From contig NIVC01000265.1 of the NCBI GenBank assembly GCA_002269645.1, positions 1 through 64,000 on the forward strand: DNA of 64,000 bases. The letters are read 5' to 3'. Below the pieces are notes generated by a model. That model saw only the letters and a list, made by a program, of their open reading frames with translations. It was not told the origin of the DNA and did no database searches. A program made the position numbers and the translations under genes. Source of the DNA: Macrostomum lignano (lineage: Eukaryota). The number at the start of each line of letters is the position of its first letter. Position 1 is the stretch's first letter. This document shows positions 24,375 through 35,718 of the stretch, piece by piece.

Positions 24375-26122
24375 ACAGAGATTAGAGATATCAAATCAAG
24401 ATAAGAGATATCAGACTGCAATCAGAGATCTCAGACTAAGAAGAGAGATCTCAGACTAAGATGAGAGATGTCTGTCAGACTAAGATAAGATATGTCAGAC
24501 TAAGATGAGAGATCTCAGACTAAGAAGAGAGATCTCAGACTAAGATGAGAGATGTCTGTCAGACTAAGATAAGAGATGTCAGACTAAGATGAGAGATCTC
24601 AGACTAAGATAAGAGATTTCAGACTAAGATGAGAGATCTCAGACTAAGATGATACATGTCAGACTAAGATGAGAGATCTCAGACTAAGATGAGAGATGTC
24701 TGTCAGACTAAGATAAGAGATGTCAGACTAAGATGAGAGATCTCAGACTAAGATAAGAGATTTCAGACTAAGATGAGAGATCTCAGACTAAGATGATATA
24801 TGTCAGACTAAGATGAGAGATCTCAGACTAAGAAGAGAGATCTCAGACTAAGATGAGAGATGTCTGTCAGACTAAGATAAGAGATGTCAGACTAAGATGA
24901 GAGATGTTAGACTAAGATGAGAGATCTCAGACTAAGATGAGAGATCTCAGACTAAGATGAGAGATGTCAGACTAAGATGAGAGATCTCAGACTAAGAAGA
25001 GAGATCTCAGACTAAGATGAGAGATGTCTGTCAGACTAAGATAAGAGATGTCAGACTAAGATGAGAGATCTCAGACTAAGATAAGAGATTTCAGACTAAG
25101 ATGAGAGATCTCAGACTAAGATGATACATGTCAGACTAAGATGAGAGATCTCAGACTAAGATGAGAGATGTCTGTCAGACTAAGATAAGAGATGTCAGAC
25201 TAAGATGAGAGATCTCAGACTAAGAAGAGAGATCTCAGACTAAGATGAGAGATGTCTGTCAGACTAAGATAAGAGATGTCAGACTAAGATGAGAGATGTT
25301 AGACTAAGAAGAGAGATCTCAGACTAAGATGAGAGATGTCTGTCAGACTAAGATAAGAGATGTCAGACTAAGATGAGAGATGTCAGACTAAGATAAGAGA
25401 TGTCAGACTAAGATGAGAGATCTCAGACTAAGATAAGAGATTTCAGACTAAGATGAGAGATCTCAGACTAAGATAAGAGATTTCAGACTAAGATGAGAGA
25501 TCTCAGACTAAGATGATACATGTCAGACTAAGATGAGAGATCTCAGACTAAGAAGAGAGATCTCAGACTAAGATGAGAGATGTCTGTCAGACTAAGATAA
25601 GAGATGTCAGACTAAGATGAGAGATGTTAGACTAAGATGAGAGATCTCAGACTAAGATGAGAGATCTCAGACTAAGATGAGAGATGTCGACTAAGATGAG
25701 AGATCTCAGACTAAGATGAGAGATCTCAGACTAAGATGAGAGATCTCAGACTAAGATGAGAGATCTCAGACTAAGATGAGAGATCTCAGACTAAGAAGAG
25801 AGATCTCAGACTAAGATGAGAGATGTCTGTCAGACTAAGATAAGAGATGTCAGACTAAGATAAGAGATGTCAGACTAAGATGAGAGATCTCAGACTAAGA
25901 TGAGAGATCTCAGACTAAGATGATACATGTCAGACTAAGATGAGAGATCTCAGACTAAGATGAGAGATGTCAGACTAAGATGAGAGATCTCAGACTAAGA
26001 TGATACATGTCAGACTAAGATGAGAGATCTCAGACTAAGAAGAGAGATCTCAGACTAAGAAGAGAGATCTCAGACTAAGATGAGAGATCTCAGACTAAGA
26101 TGAGAGATGTCAGACTAAGATA
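24375..26122. repeat. 20-bp minisatellite (cagactaagatgagagatct) with higher-order variant blocks
   Basis: Read directly. Confidence 0.96.
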
Positions 26123-26516
26123 AGAGATCTGGGAGAGATAAAAGCCGCCAAAGTGAGATTGTAAACAGCTCTCACAAGAGACGCAGCTAAAAACTTACGG
26201 ACGCAACACAAAAGTAAGAGTACATTTTTGCAGTTCAAAACAGATGTAAAAAGGCAGACTAATTAATTAGAAATTTTATACAGAACTAAACAGATACAAT
26301 AATATTGCTAAACAGTTCACACATGAAGTAAGCAACAAGCTACTGACAACAAGTAATACGGTATATGGCACTAATTATTCTTCTTTGCAAAAAAGAATGG
26401 TAAAATGTCCTAATTTCTACTCACGCGACTGAGTAGGCTAGTGAGGACATGGATTTTTCTTTTTAGAATTTTATAATAATTGATAAGTATTGATGGGTGA
26501 TAATTACGCATAATTG

Positions 26517-28302
26517 CTAGCGATTATCTTGAATTTGACGCCGAACCACTTCGCTAGGCGGAGTGTCCCACAGAGCCGAGCTACCGCGGCGACTCAGCCA
26601 GCACCGCCTCCTCCTCCGGCTATGGCCATCATCATCATTATTATTAATAGAATCCTCATCATTAACGTCATCTGTTGAATCGCTTTTTGTCGCAACATCT
26701 TCGAATGCTCGGAACAGGCTGTCGGCCAGTTTGCTTCCGGCATCCACTGGGCGGAACACGTGCCACCAGCGAAGGCCTTCGACAGCCTGGCGAGAGAACA
26801 TCCAGTGCAGATTGTCCTCGGTCACCCAGTCGGCCAGAGCATCGTCCGCGAATTCTGGCCGGCTGAAATCCGGCTCGTCCTTTTCGTCTTCATAGTCTGA
26901 TAAATCTTCATCGGGCTCTGCTTCAGGTGGCTTGGCGTCTTCTGCTTTTGAGGCTTGGTCTTCGATCTGTTGCTGCTGCTGCTGCTGCAACTGGCTGGGA
27001 TGATGATTCTCGTCCTGCTCAAACTCAATTGTGACGTCGCTGATTGACAGGTCGAGTTGGGGAGGCAGCGGCGTCGGTGGCGGCGGAGGCTGAGACTCCG
27101 GCTGCAGCTGATTGGAGCTCTGCAGGGCCTGCGGAGGTTTTTCGGGGCAGATAGAATTGGTAGATTGATATCTAGCAGGGCAGATAGATTTGGTAGATTG
27201 ATATCTAGCGGGGCAGATAGATTTGGTAGATTGATATCTAGCGGGGCAGATAGATTTGGTAGATTGATATATAGCAGAGCAGATAGATTTGGTAGATTGA
27301 TATCTAGCGGGGCAGATAGATTTGGTAGATTGATATCTAGCAGGGCAGATAGATTTGGTAGATTGATATCTAGCAGGGCAGATAGATTTGGTAGATTGAT
27401 ATCTAGCGGGGCAGATAGATTTGGTAGATTGATATCTAGCAGGGCAGATAGATTTGGTAGATTGATATCTAGCAGGGCAGATAGATTTGGTAGATTGATA
27501 TCTAGCGGGGCAGATAGATTTGGTAGATTGATATCTAGCAGGGCAGATAGATTTGGTAGATTGATATCTAGCGGGGCAGATAGATTTGGTAGATTGATAT
27601 ATAGCAGGGCAGATAGATTTGGTAGATTGATATCTAGCGGGGCAGATAGATTTGGTAGATTGAAATCTAGCAGGGCAGATAGATTTGGTAGATTGATATA
27701 TAGCAGGGCAGATAGATTTTGTAGATTTATATCTAGCAGGGCAGATATATTTGGTAGATTGATATCTAGCAGGGCAGATAGATTTAGTAAATTGATATCT
27801 AGCAGGGCAGATAGATGATGAAACGAAAGTCAGGGAATTGGTATATTCTTACCAAGCTTCCACAACTATCAAGCAGCGGCTTGCGCAGTTCAACAATCTG
27901 CTCCAATTTCTGCATCTGCTGCGGCGATGCAGCACTAAAAACAGCCTTGACAGCGGTGGACTGCTCGCAGCAGACCTGTCGATGCTTTGCTGTCCGCGGA
28001 GTTTTCAAATTAATTTTCTTTGTCTGAGTTTGAGGCGGCTGGACAGCATGGGCTGCGGCAGCGCCAGACTTCAGTCGCTGCAGCCGCTCGCGCTGCAGTC
28101 GCTGCGCCGTCTCAAGCACGCGTCTTCTGCGCGCCTCAGCCTGAGCCGCTTTCTCAGCTCTTAACCGGTTTGCCTCGTCGCGTTGGCGTTGAAGACGCTC
28201 GGCGTCGGCGGCCAGTTTGGCTTCCAGCTGTTGCTGACGACGGCGCAACTGTTCAGCAGCATGACGCTGCCACTGCTGCTGCTGACGACGCATGAAATTC
28301 AT
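26517..28302 (-). CDS. Uncharacterised coiled-coil, polyQ and acidic protein, about 353 aa; exons 28302-27853, 27128-26517
   Basis: Donor TTG|GTAAGA and acceptor ctccgcag|GCC are both phase 0. N-terminal R/Q/E-rich coiled coil; Trp-rich block DWVTEDNLHWMFSRQAVEGLRWWHVFRP. May have further 5' exons (in-frame AG at 28315). Confidence 0.7.
27145..27815. repeat. 33-bp minisatellite (gcagatagatttggtagattgatatctagcagg), intronic
   Basis: Read directly; source of the RADRFGRLISS pseudo-ORF. Confidence 0.96.
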
Positions 28303-28875
28303 TTGAAAAAAAAACTATTAGAATGCTTTTAACTAAAATAATGGTAAAATGTCTTACTTTCTACTGATCCAATTGAGCAGGCTATAGAGAATATGAAATC
28401 TATTTAAATTTATTATTTTAAATGTTCGCACAAAAAATGATGCTAAAATGTTCTACTTTCTACTATCAAGATTGAGTAGTAGGCTACTGAGGACATGGAA
28501 TTTATTTAGGCTTCAATTTTAATTTCCATGAAAATGGTGTAACATAGTTTGCTTCTATGATAACTCAAGGGTTGTAGAGTCGAAGTTGAGGCATGCCAGA
28601 GTCGACGTAGAGTCACTGACTTGATAACTGGCGTAAAGCGCATCTGCGTCACTTTATGAATTAGAACCGCCATTTCGAATCTACTTCGAATTTAGTTTTG
28701 CTAAAAAATAGCATGAAATAAACTGCTAACAGTAATAAAGTAGTCGATAAACACGCATACACTGATTTATTTGCAAGATAAATAAATAAACAAATAAATA
28801 CATGTAAACACAATGAACTGACCGACACCATAAGCTGAAAAGACAAATGTGGATAAAAGCAACTCAGACTCAAAC

Positions 28876-30558
28876 TCAATCAGTTTTAGTAACTTTTGAG
28901 AGGCCTTTACCGGCGCACAGGCACACTGCAATGATGCAAGCCATCAGCACAAACAGGCCGGCGCAGATGGCAATGTAAACTGGCGATACGCCAACTCCAT
29001 TGAAGGACAACAGGAATGCGACCACAGCGTCAACAGCGTGATCGAATGGCGTGGGAGCCGCCGGCACAGGGAATTTCTTGGCATCTGAGTAGCCATGCCT
29101 GGCAAATGCCAGCACAAGTCTCCAGCTGTGCAGCTGGTGCGGCAGCTTATAGAAGGCCCCGGACCGGAACAGCAGCAGACTGTTGGGCTTGGCAATGCCG
29201 AATCGAGCAGCCGTGGCATGGGAGGCTTCGGTCAGCAGCACTCGAGCTGCGCTGACGTGCAGCGGGCGAAGCGACTGGGCCAAGCCGGTGAGGATGCGGG
29301 TTTTTGATGACAGCTGCGCATCTTTGGGATCCAGGAATGCGACAAGCCAGTGGCCTGTGGTGCTGCCTGGGTGGAGTGGGGGAGATCTTCATTCAATCTG
29401 ACTTTCTAATCTGACTTCTCAGATCCTCAGTTGCTGGGCCAGCCTCCCAGATCCTCAGTTGCTGGGCCAGCCTCCTAAGATCCTCAGTTGCTGGGCCAGC
29501 CTCCCAGATCCTCAGTTGCTAGGCCAGCCTCCTAAGATCCTCAGTTGCTGGGCCAGCCTCCTAAGATCCTCAGTTGCTGGGCCAGTCTTCTATGATCCTA
29601 AGTTGCCAGGCTATCAAAAGATCCTCAGTTGCTAGGCCCCCAGACTCCCAGTTGCTGAGCCACAGCCTCCCAGAGTGTCAGTTGCTGGGCCAGCCTATCA
29701 GATCCTCAGTTGCTGTGCCAGCCTCCAGATCCTCAGTTGCTGGGCCAGCCTCCCAGATCCTCAGTTGCTGGGCCAGCCTCCCAGATCCCCAGTTGCTGGG
29801 CCAGTCTATCAGATCCTCAGTTGCTGGGCCAGCCTCCCAGATCCTCAGTTGCTGGGCCAGTCTATCAGATCCTCAGTTGCTGGGTCAGCCTATCAGATCC
29901 TCAGTTGCTGGGCCAGCCTCCCAGATCCACAGTTGCTGGATCAGCCTCCCAGATCCCCAGTTGCTAGGCCAACCACCACACCACTCAAATGTAACAAATT
30001 ATCTGAAGAACAATTTTAAAAGGGAATAGGTAACTTCGCATAGATATTAATGGTTATCTACTCACCTGTGGCAGCCTGGGTTAAGCCTTCAAAATTGCCA
30101 TCATCCAAGTCCTGAACAACAGCCGGTTGCTCGGTCAACCTGGCCAGCAGCTTGTCTCCAGTGAGCTCAGTCTCAGCAAACAGCAACGGTTGCCAGTCAG
30201 TCTGGCCCAGGAGCAGCAGATAAGCAACTGGCAGCTGGGCTGTCAGCTGAGGCGCCAAAGGATCTGCCTCGCCAGCTGACAGCAACCGGTAGCGACATTC
30301 AATTGACTGACCAGACATTTGAATGGCGTGACTCACTGCAGTTGAGACAGTGGCTAATTGTTTGTCAGCATTGGAATCTGAATGCTGGATGTGAGCTAGC
30401 AGCACATGCGCATCATTGTTGGCTGATGGCTTTGTGGCGGCAGTTGCTTCTACCTTCTGGCACAAGTGCAGCTTCTTATTTGAGTCACTATTGCCAGTGA
30501 TGAGTGTTGGTATGAACAATAGCAATATGATCAGGAATGCAATGCAGGTGATTTTCAT
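28876..30558 (-). CDS. Type I membrane thioredoxin-domain protein without a CxxC site, 327 aa; exons 30558-30066, 29366-28876
   Basis: Signal peptide MKITCIAFLIILLLFIP. DLDDGNFEGLTQAATG|STTGHWLVAF matches the 'L.D.NFEH.TQA.TG.TTG.W.V.F' start of thioredoxin domains. C-terminal TM and Lys-containing tail. Phase-1 GT-AG junction. Confidence 0.82.
29415..29968. repeat. 28-bp minisatellite family (cagatcctcagttgctgggccagcctcc), locus 1, intronic
   Basis: Read directly; same unit at 47845-48497 and 49325-49600. Confidence 0.95.
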
Positions 30559-30662
30559 TGTTGAATTCTAAAATAAAGGATATGAAATTATTACATGTTA
30601 AAGCATTCCTTTTAAACAATTAGACCTATGCAAAAAAGTTTGCTAAAATATTTTTAAGAATG

Positions 30663-30707
30663 TTAGGGTTAGGGTTAGGGTTAGGGTTAGGCTAGGGTTA
30701 GGGTTAG
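30663..30707 (+). repeat. Interstitial telomeric repeat (TTAGGG) x about 7
   Basis: ttagggttagggttagggttagggttaggctagggttagggttag. Confidence 0.85.
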
Positions 30708-30859
30708 AAGGTTGACAGATATTTTTAGATTTCCAAGGCTTATTGGGGGCATTGCTGAGATGTCAAGGGGGGGAGTTGATATGTTAAAGCTTGTGGTGGG
30801 GAATTACTGACATGTCAAGGCTTACAAGGTTTGACAGGAGATTTTTTAAGATTTCAAGG

Positions 30860-30934
30860 ATACATGTAGCTTATTAAAAAAACGTGTAGCGATTGCATTT
30901 CTTTGGCTCCCCAACGGGGGGCGTAGATTGCTAG
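30860..30934 (+). mobile_element. Helitron-like 3' terminus
   Basis: Hairpin cccc-aac-gggg followed after a short spacer by CTAG|T; near-identical motif at 44381-44408. Confidence 0.55.
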
Positions 30935-33900
30935 TTAGAATTCTGTTATTGTTTCAAACTGGATACCAGTTAAATAAAGTCATGTTTTTTTAAATTGAAA
31001 CGTGGTTAAATTTCAAATATCAGACATGCTATAATAAGTAGGATTCTTGAAATTTCAAGACTTCTACTATAAATTTTAATTTGCAAATATTTTGCAAAAC
31101 ATAGAGGCTTTATAGACTTCAACAAACTTTTGCAGCTCACAAAGGCTTAGAACTATAAAAAAAGAATTTTAGATTAAATTTTTACAAATTATTTTAAAAA
31201 CTTATAAAACTACATTCTGTACAATTTTTAAAAAAATTCTTAAATAAAAGTGTTTTTATCTTATTACTATCTCTATAAAATTTAAGCACTGACATTATAC
31301 TTAATATTTTGTGGTAAACAAAATGATTGCATTATATTTTTTGCAAACAAAAGTGGCAGAAAAATTGGCAATAGACAAAATGACAGTCAACAACTCTGAC
31401 ATTAACATATATATAAAATTATAAATAATATATATGACTATGACACAAACCTAGACAGATTTTTAATTTTTTAAATTTTTTAGTACTTTTTTACTTTCTA
31501 AAAGTTATTCTCCATCTAGCTGAATAGGAAGCAATCGCATAGGTTGAGGTCTTGACTATATGCCATAGTCCAGATGAGGTAGCATGTCATAGTCCAGATC
31601 ATGCTAGGTGCATGCCTGAACAAAAAATAAATAATTACAAATGCATACAAAAAAAATTAAGTGCATAACCACATTTGCAAATCTATACTAATGTTGCAAT
31701 AATAAATGATCTTTTTTATGTTGCAACAATAAATGACATTTATTGCATTGCATAAAGTACCCCTTTTGGCTTATAATTTGATTGATTATTTTGCTTTTTT
31801 GCTTATACTATTTACAAATACAATCTACTTTGGTAACAGCCACTCTGGTAACTGCCACAGTGCCACTTCAGTAACAAAAAATGACAGCTTTGGTAACAGC
31901 CACTTTTATAACAGCCAGTTCAATAGCAAAGCAGATTTACAATTGTCAACTTTATATCTTTATGGTAATTACCTCTTGCAACAATTAGATAATTAATTTT
32001 AATCTTGAATACTTAATTACCATGTATGGTTTAATTTTCTAGTTGAGCTATATTTTAATTTGTTTTAAATTTGCATGTTAACTTTATGAAACATTTGAAA
32101 GCAAAGAAAATTAAGCATTGAAATTGAAAATGAAGTAATTAATGAAGGATAAAAGTAGATTCTGTAGTTTTAAGTTGTTAACTTAGATAATCTAATGTGC
32201 ATCATATTTGATCAATTACAAGATGTCACAGTAGGCTCATTTCATATAAGATGAACATTTTTGGAAAATAGAAAAAAGTCAATATTTTTGCTTGCCATTG
32301 CCTTATCAGCCAATTTTTTTTACCAAATGTGTTTTATGTGTAATATCTACAATCTAAGAATAAATAAATGATAAAATGTTGGATTAGTATGTTATCAAGT
32401 GGCAAAAAGTCATTTTTGTAAAAATTTGGACATTTTTCTAAGCAAAAGACATCATTAAGTTTGTGTACCTTTTAAAAATAAATAGAAAGCTTTGGAAGGT
32501 TGAAACAAACTATAGATAAAAGTATAGTACTTGCATCATCAGATAAAAGTATTGGTGACCAAATAATCTATTATATTTTTAATATATTGGTACCTCAAAG
32601 TTACTGAATTGACAGAAAAAAATATGTTACGACCATAATGTTACGACCATAAGGCTGCCTTTTCTTTTGTATCTTTGTTGCCTTTTGAGTTTATATATTC
32701 TACAAAAAGAGTATGATTACTGAAGATGTTGTTAGTCAAATTTTAAAAAATGTATTGCAAAATATCAAAAATAAAAAAATGTTATAAGACTTTTACCTTT
32801 TAGTTTCTATATGTCAAAAATCCTGTTGTTACAACCATAAGTGCCATTCAAGGTTTAATAGCATCTATACTAATGATGATATCTATATGAAACTCTATAA
32901 ATATATTCTTGACAAAATTATCTTTCATTTAAATATTGGTTTAGTATATTCTATTATTATATTTCATTTTATAAGTAAAAATAGTCTGTCATGTTACGAC
33001 CGTGCTTATATGGAATGAGCCAGTACATGTATCTAAGGTATCCCAAAATTAAAATAGATTGATAAAAACACTTTTTTAAAAGATAAACATATGCAGATTT
33101 GCAGTTTATTTCATCAATCTAAATCTCTCAAAGTGTACGAGAATGTTTCTTAGGCCTAATTATTTTTGTTGTTCTTTTTAAAAAGTTCATTGGTGCATTC
33201 TTTTGGACCATATCAATTAACATACATTCCCAACACCTGTCCAACCTGTTTGAACTAGATAGGTGAAATGGCCACAAGCCAAGGTAAGTCACAAAATCAA
33301 AAACATGAAAAATGAAAAATTGGTAGAAGAAAGGAGAGGAAAAGAAAAGGAAAAGAAAGAAAAGAAAATAGAGAGAAAGGAAGAGAAGAGAGAAAGAAAA
33401 AGAGAAAAAAGAGAAAAAGGCAAGAAAAATTATATAGAGTGAAATTAAGTTGCAATCACGGGGAACTAAGTTGCAATCGAGAGGAACTAAGTCACAATTA
33501 GGAGAATCTAATTCACAAATCTAGACAAAAGTCAAAACCAAGTTGCACCAGATAGATGAAATTTTGAGGTTGGGCATATATGTCAATAATATGGCTATAG
33601 GCCCTATACATGTACTATTATTGTCATTTGTTACTAAAGTGGCTATTACCAAAATGGCTATTACCAAAGTAGTAATTTTTGCTACCAAAGCATAAAATTT
33701 ACAACATAAAATCAATATAAGCAAGGCTTTGTTTAAATGCCTTACTAATAAGCTTTAAAAACTATAATGCTTGAAACTAACACTTAAAAATGAATGAACT
33801 TTCTTTATCTTTTTTTTATTTAATACTAACTTTTCTATCTGTTTTGTTATATAAAGTGCATGCTAGGTGTATATATATATTATTTTTTAAGAGTAATGAA

Positions 33901-35111
33901 TGTCAACTATGCATGCCTACTTTTGATGTGCAAGCCAATGGCAATGCATATCTAAAATTTTGGGCATATTACTATATTAACTACATGATCCAAAATGTGG
34001 ATTGCATACTAAAAAATGTAGGCCCTAGCCTGATTAGTGATTTCATAAAAAATATTTTATATTGCATTAGCTAAATATAAAACAAAGTAATTACATTTAA
34101 AACAAAGTCATAATAAGCTTGAAGATTAAAGAAAGTAGATGCTTAATTAGGATTTATATCAGGGGGAGGGGCAGATATAAATATATCTTTACATATGGCA
34201 ATATCCAAGGGGGCAATATTTCCCTAGGCCTAACTAACTGTACAGCCACTGGCAAACTCGTCGTTTCGTCAACTAAGCCTGGTTCTCGAGTAAATTCACC
34301 AACTGTTACTGTTGAATGAAATTTCAAAATTAATTCGGTGGACGAGGACGAGTTCACCGTTTAAACGGACCCAATCCAATTGAACAGCATAATTTCAAAA
34401 CAACTTCTATATTTCTGTTGACTAGACCCCTGCGTAAGAACTCTCACACCGTAATGAAACACGGTTCCACACAGCAATTTAATGTATCAATAAAAGCTTA
34501 TTATATCAAGTTATTATATTGTTAGTTCTTATTATATCCTCTATCCCATGAGTTGTTTCATGTTTGTGCACTCAAATGCTACAATGAAGCTGTGTTTAAA
34601 CTTTTCTTCGAAAATGCCTGACACAACAAACTGTTTTGTACTGCTGTATTTATTTTTAATTATATTAAAAAATAAAATAAAAATTTAAGCAAAAACTTTA
34701 CAAAACATGAGTTATTTAAACATTCATGCATTTTTAAGGCCTTTTTGCTTAAATTATCAAATGGTTTCATGGAAGAACTTATTTCAGAAACCAGGCAGAA
34801 TCAGGCAGGTCTAGGCAGGGAGCGGGACCTCAGTAGCGAGCATCCCTCGTCTGTTCTTTTTGTGTTCATAGTATTTTTTCTATTGCTTCATACAATCTCT
34901 CTCATAGCATTAAAAAATTATATTATTTAAAATATTCAGCAAATGTCAACTTTCTTCTTATAAAAGAGTTCCTAGACGGTCTTGACCTAGTCTGCTCCTG
35001 GACACTTCGTCATCTAACCACTTCGTCATCTTGATAACAAAGTGACCATGGTTTTTGGACTCTTCGTCATATCAAAAAATTGTTAGTAAATCTAGATGAC
35101 GAAGTGACCAA

Positions 35112-35555
35112 ATTTTGAGGACACTTCGTCATCCCAAGATTTAGCAAGGCTGTAAATTGTTACTCGATTGTTATTGTTATAAATTGTTACTCAATTAATT
35201 TAGTCTGTAAAATATAGGATTAAAATACACACTTAGAGATTCAACTTGTCGCTATAATTGGCATCCAATGTACACAATGTATACACAGTTTGCATATGCA
35301 TGCTTTAATGTACAAGTAGTGCTCTTGAGCACTTGAGATCTTGAGCACTACTTGTACATTAAAGCATGCATATGCAAACTGTGTATACATTGTGTACATT
35401 GGATGCCAATTATAGCGACAAGTTGAATCTCTAAGTGTGTATTTTAATCCTATATTTTACAGACTAAATTAATTGAGTAACAATTTATAACAATAACAAT
35501 CGAGTAACAATTTACAGCCTTGCTAAATCTTGGGATGACGAAGTGTCCTCAAAAT
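35112..35555. repeat. Perfect inverted repeat, 213-bp arms (35112-35324 / 35343-35555), 18-nt loop
   Basis: Base-by-base comparison of the arms found no mismatch. Confidence 0.95.
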
Positions 35556-35559
35556 ACAT

Positions 35560-35718
35560 GCGCAACCTTGGGAATCACCCGGCCGTTTCTATTGGCAACA
35601 CACACATGTAAGTCGCTATTGGCTGAGAGCAGTCACGTGACTACTATTCTGTCCAATAGCGACTTACGTGTGTGTGTTGCCAATAGAAACGGCCGGGTGA
35701 ATCCCTAGGTTGCGCCCA
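35560..35718. mobile_element. About 160-bp imperfect hairpin element (MITE-like)
   Basis: gcgcaacct...ccggccgtttctattggcaacacacac vs gtgtgtgttgccaatagaaacggccgg...aggttgcgc, centred on agtcacgtgact. Confidence 0.65.

Noticed and set aside
27057-27818. 253-aa plus-strand ORF (RADRFGRLISS)n
   Set aside because: A stop-free 33-bp repeat inside an intron of a minus-strand gene
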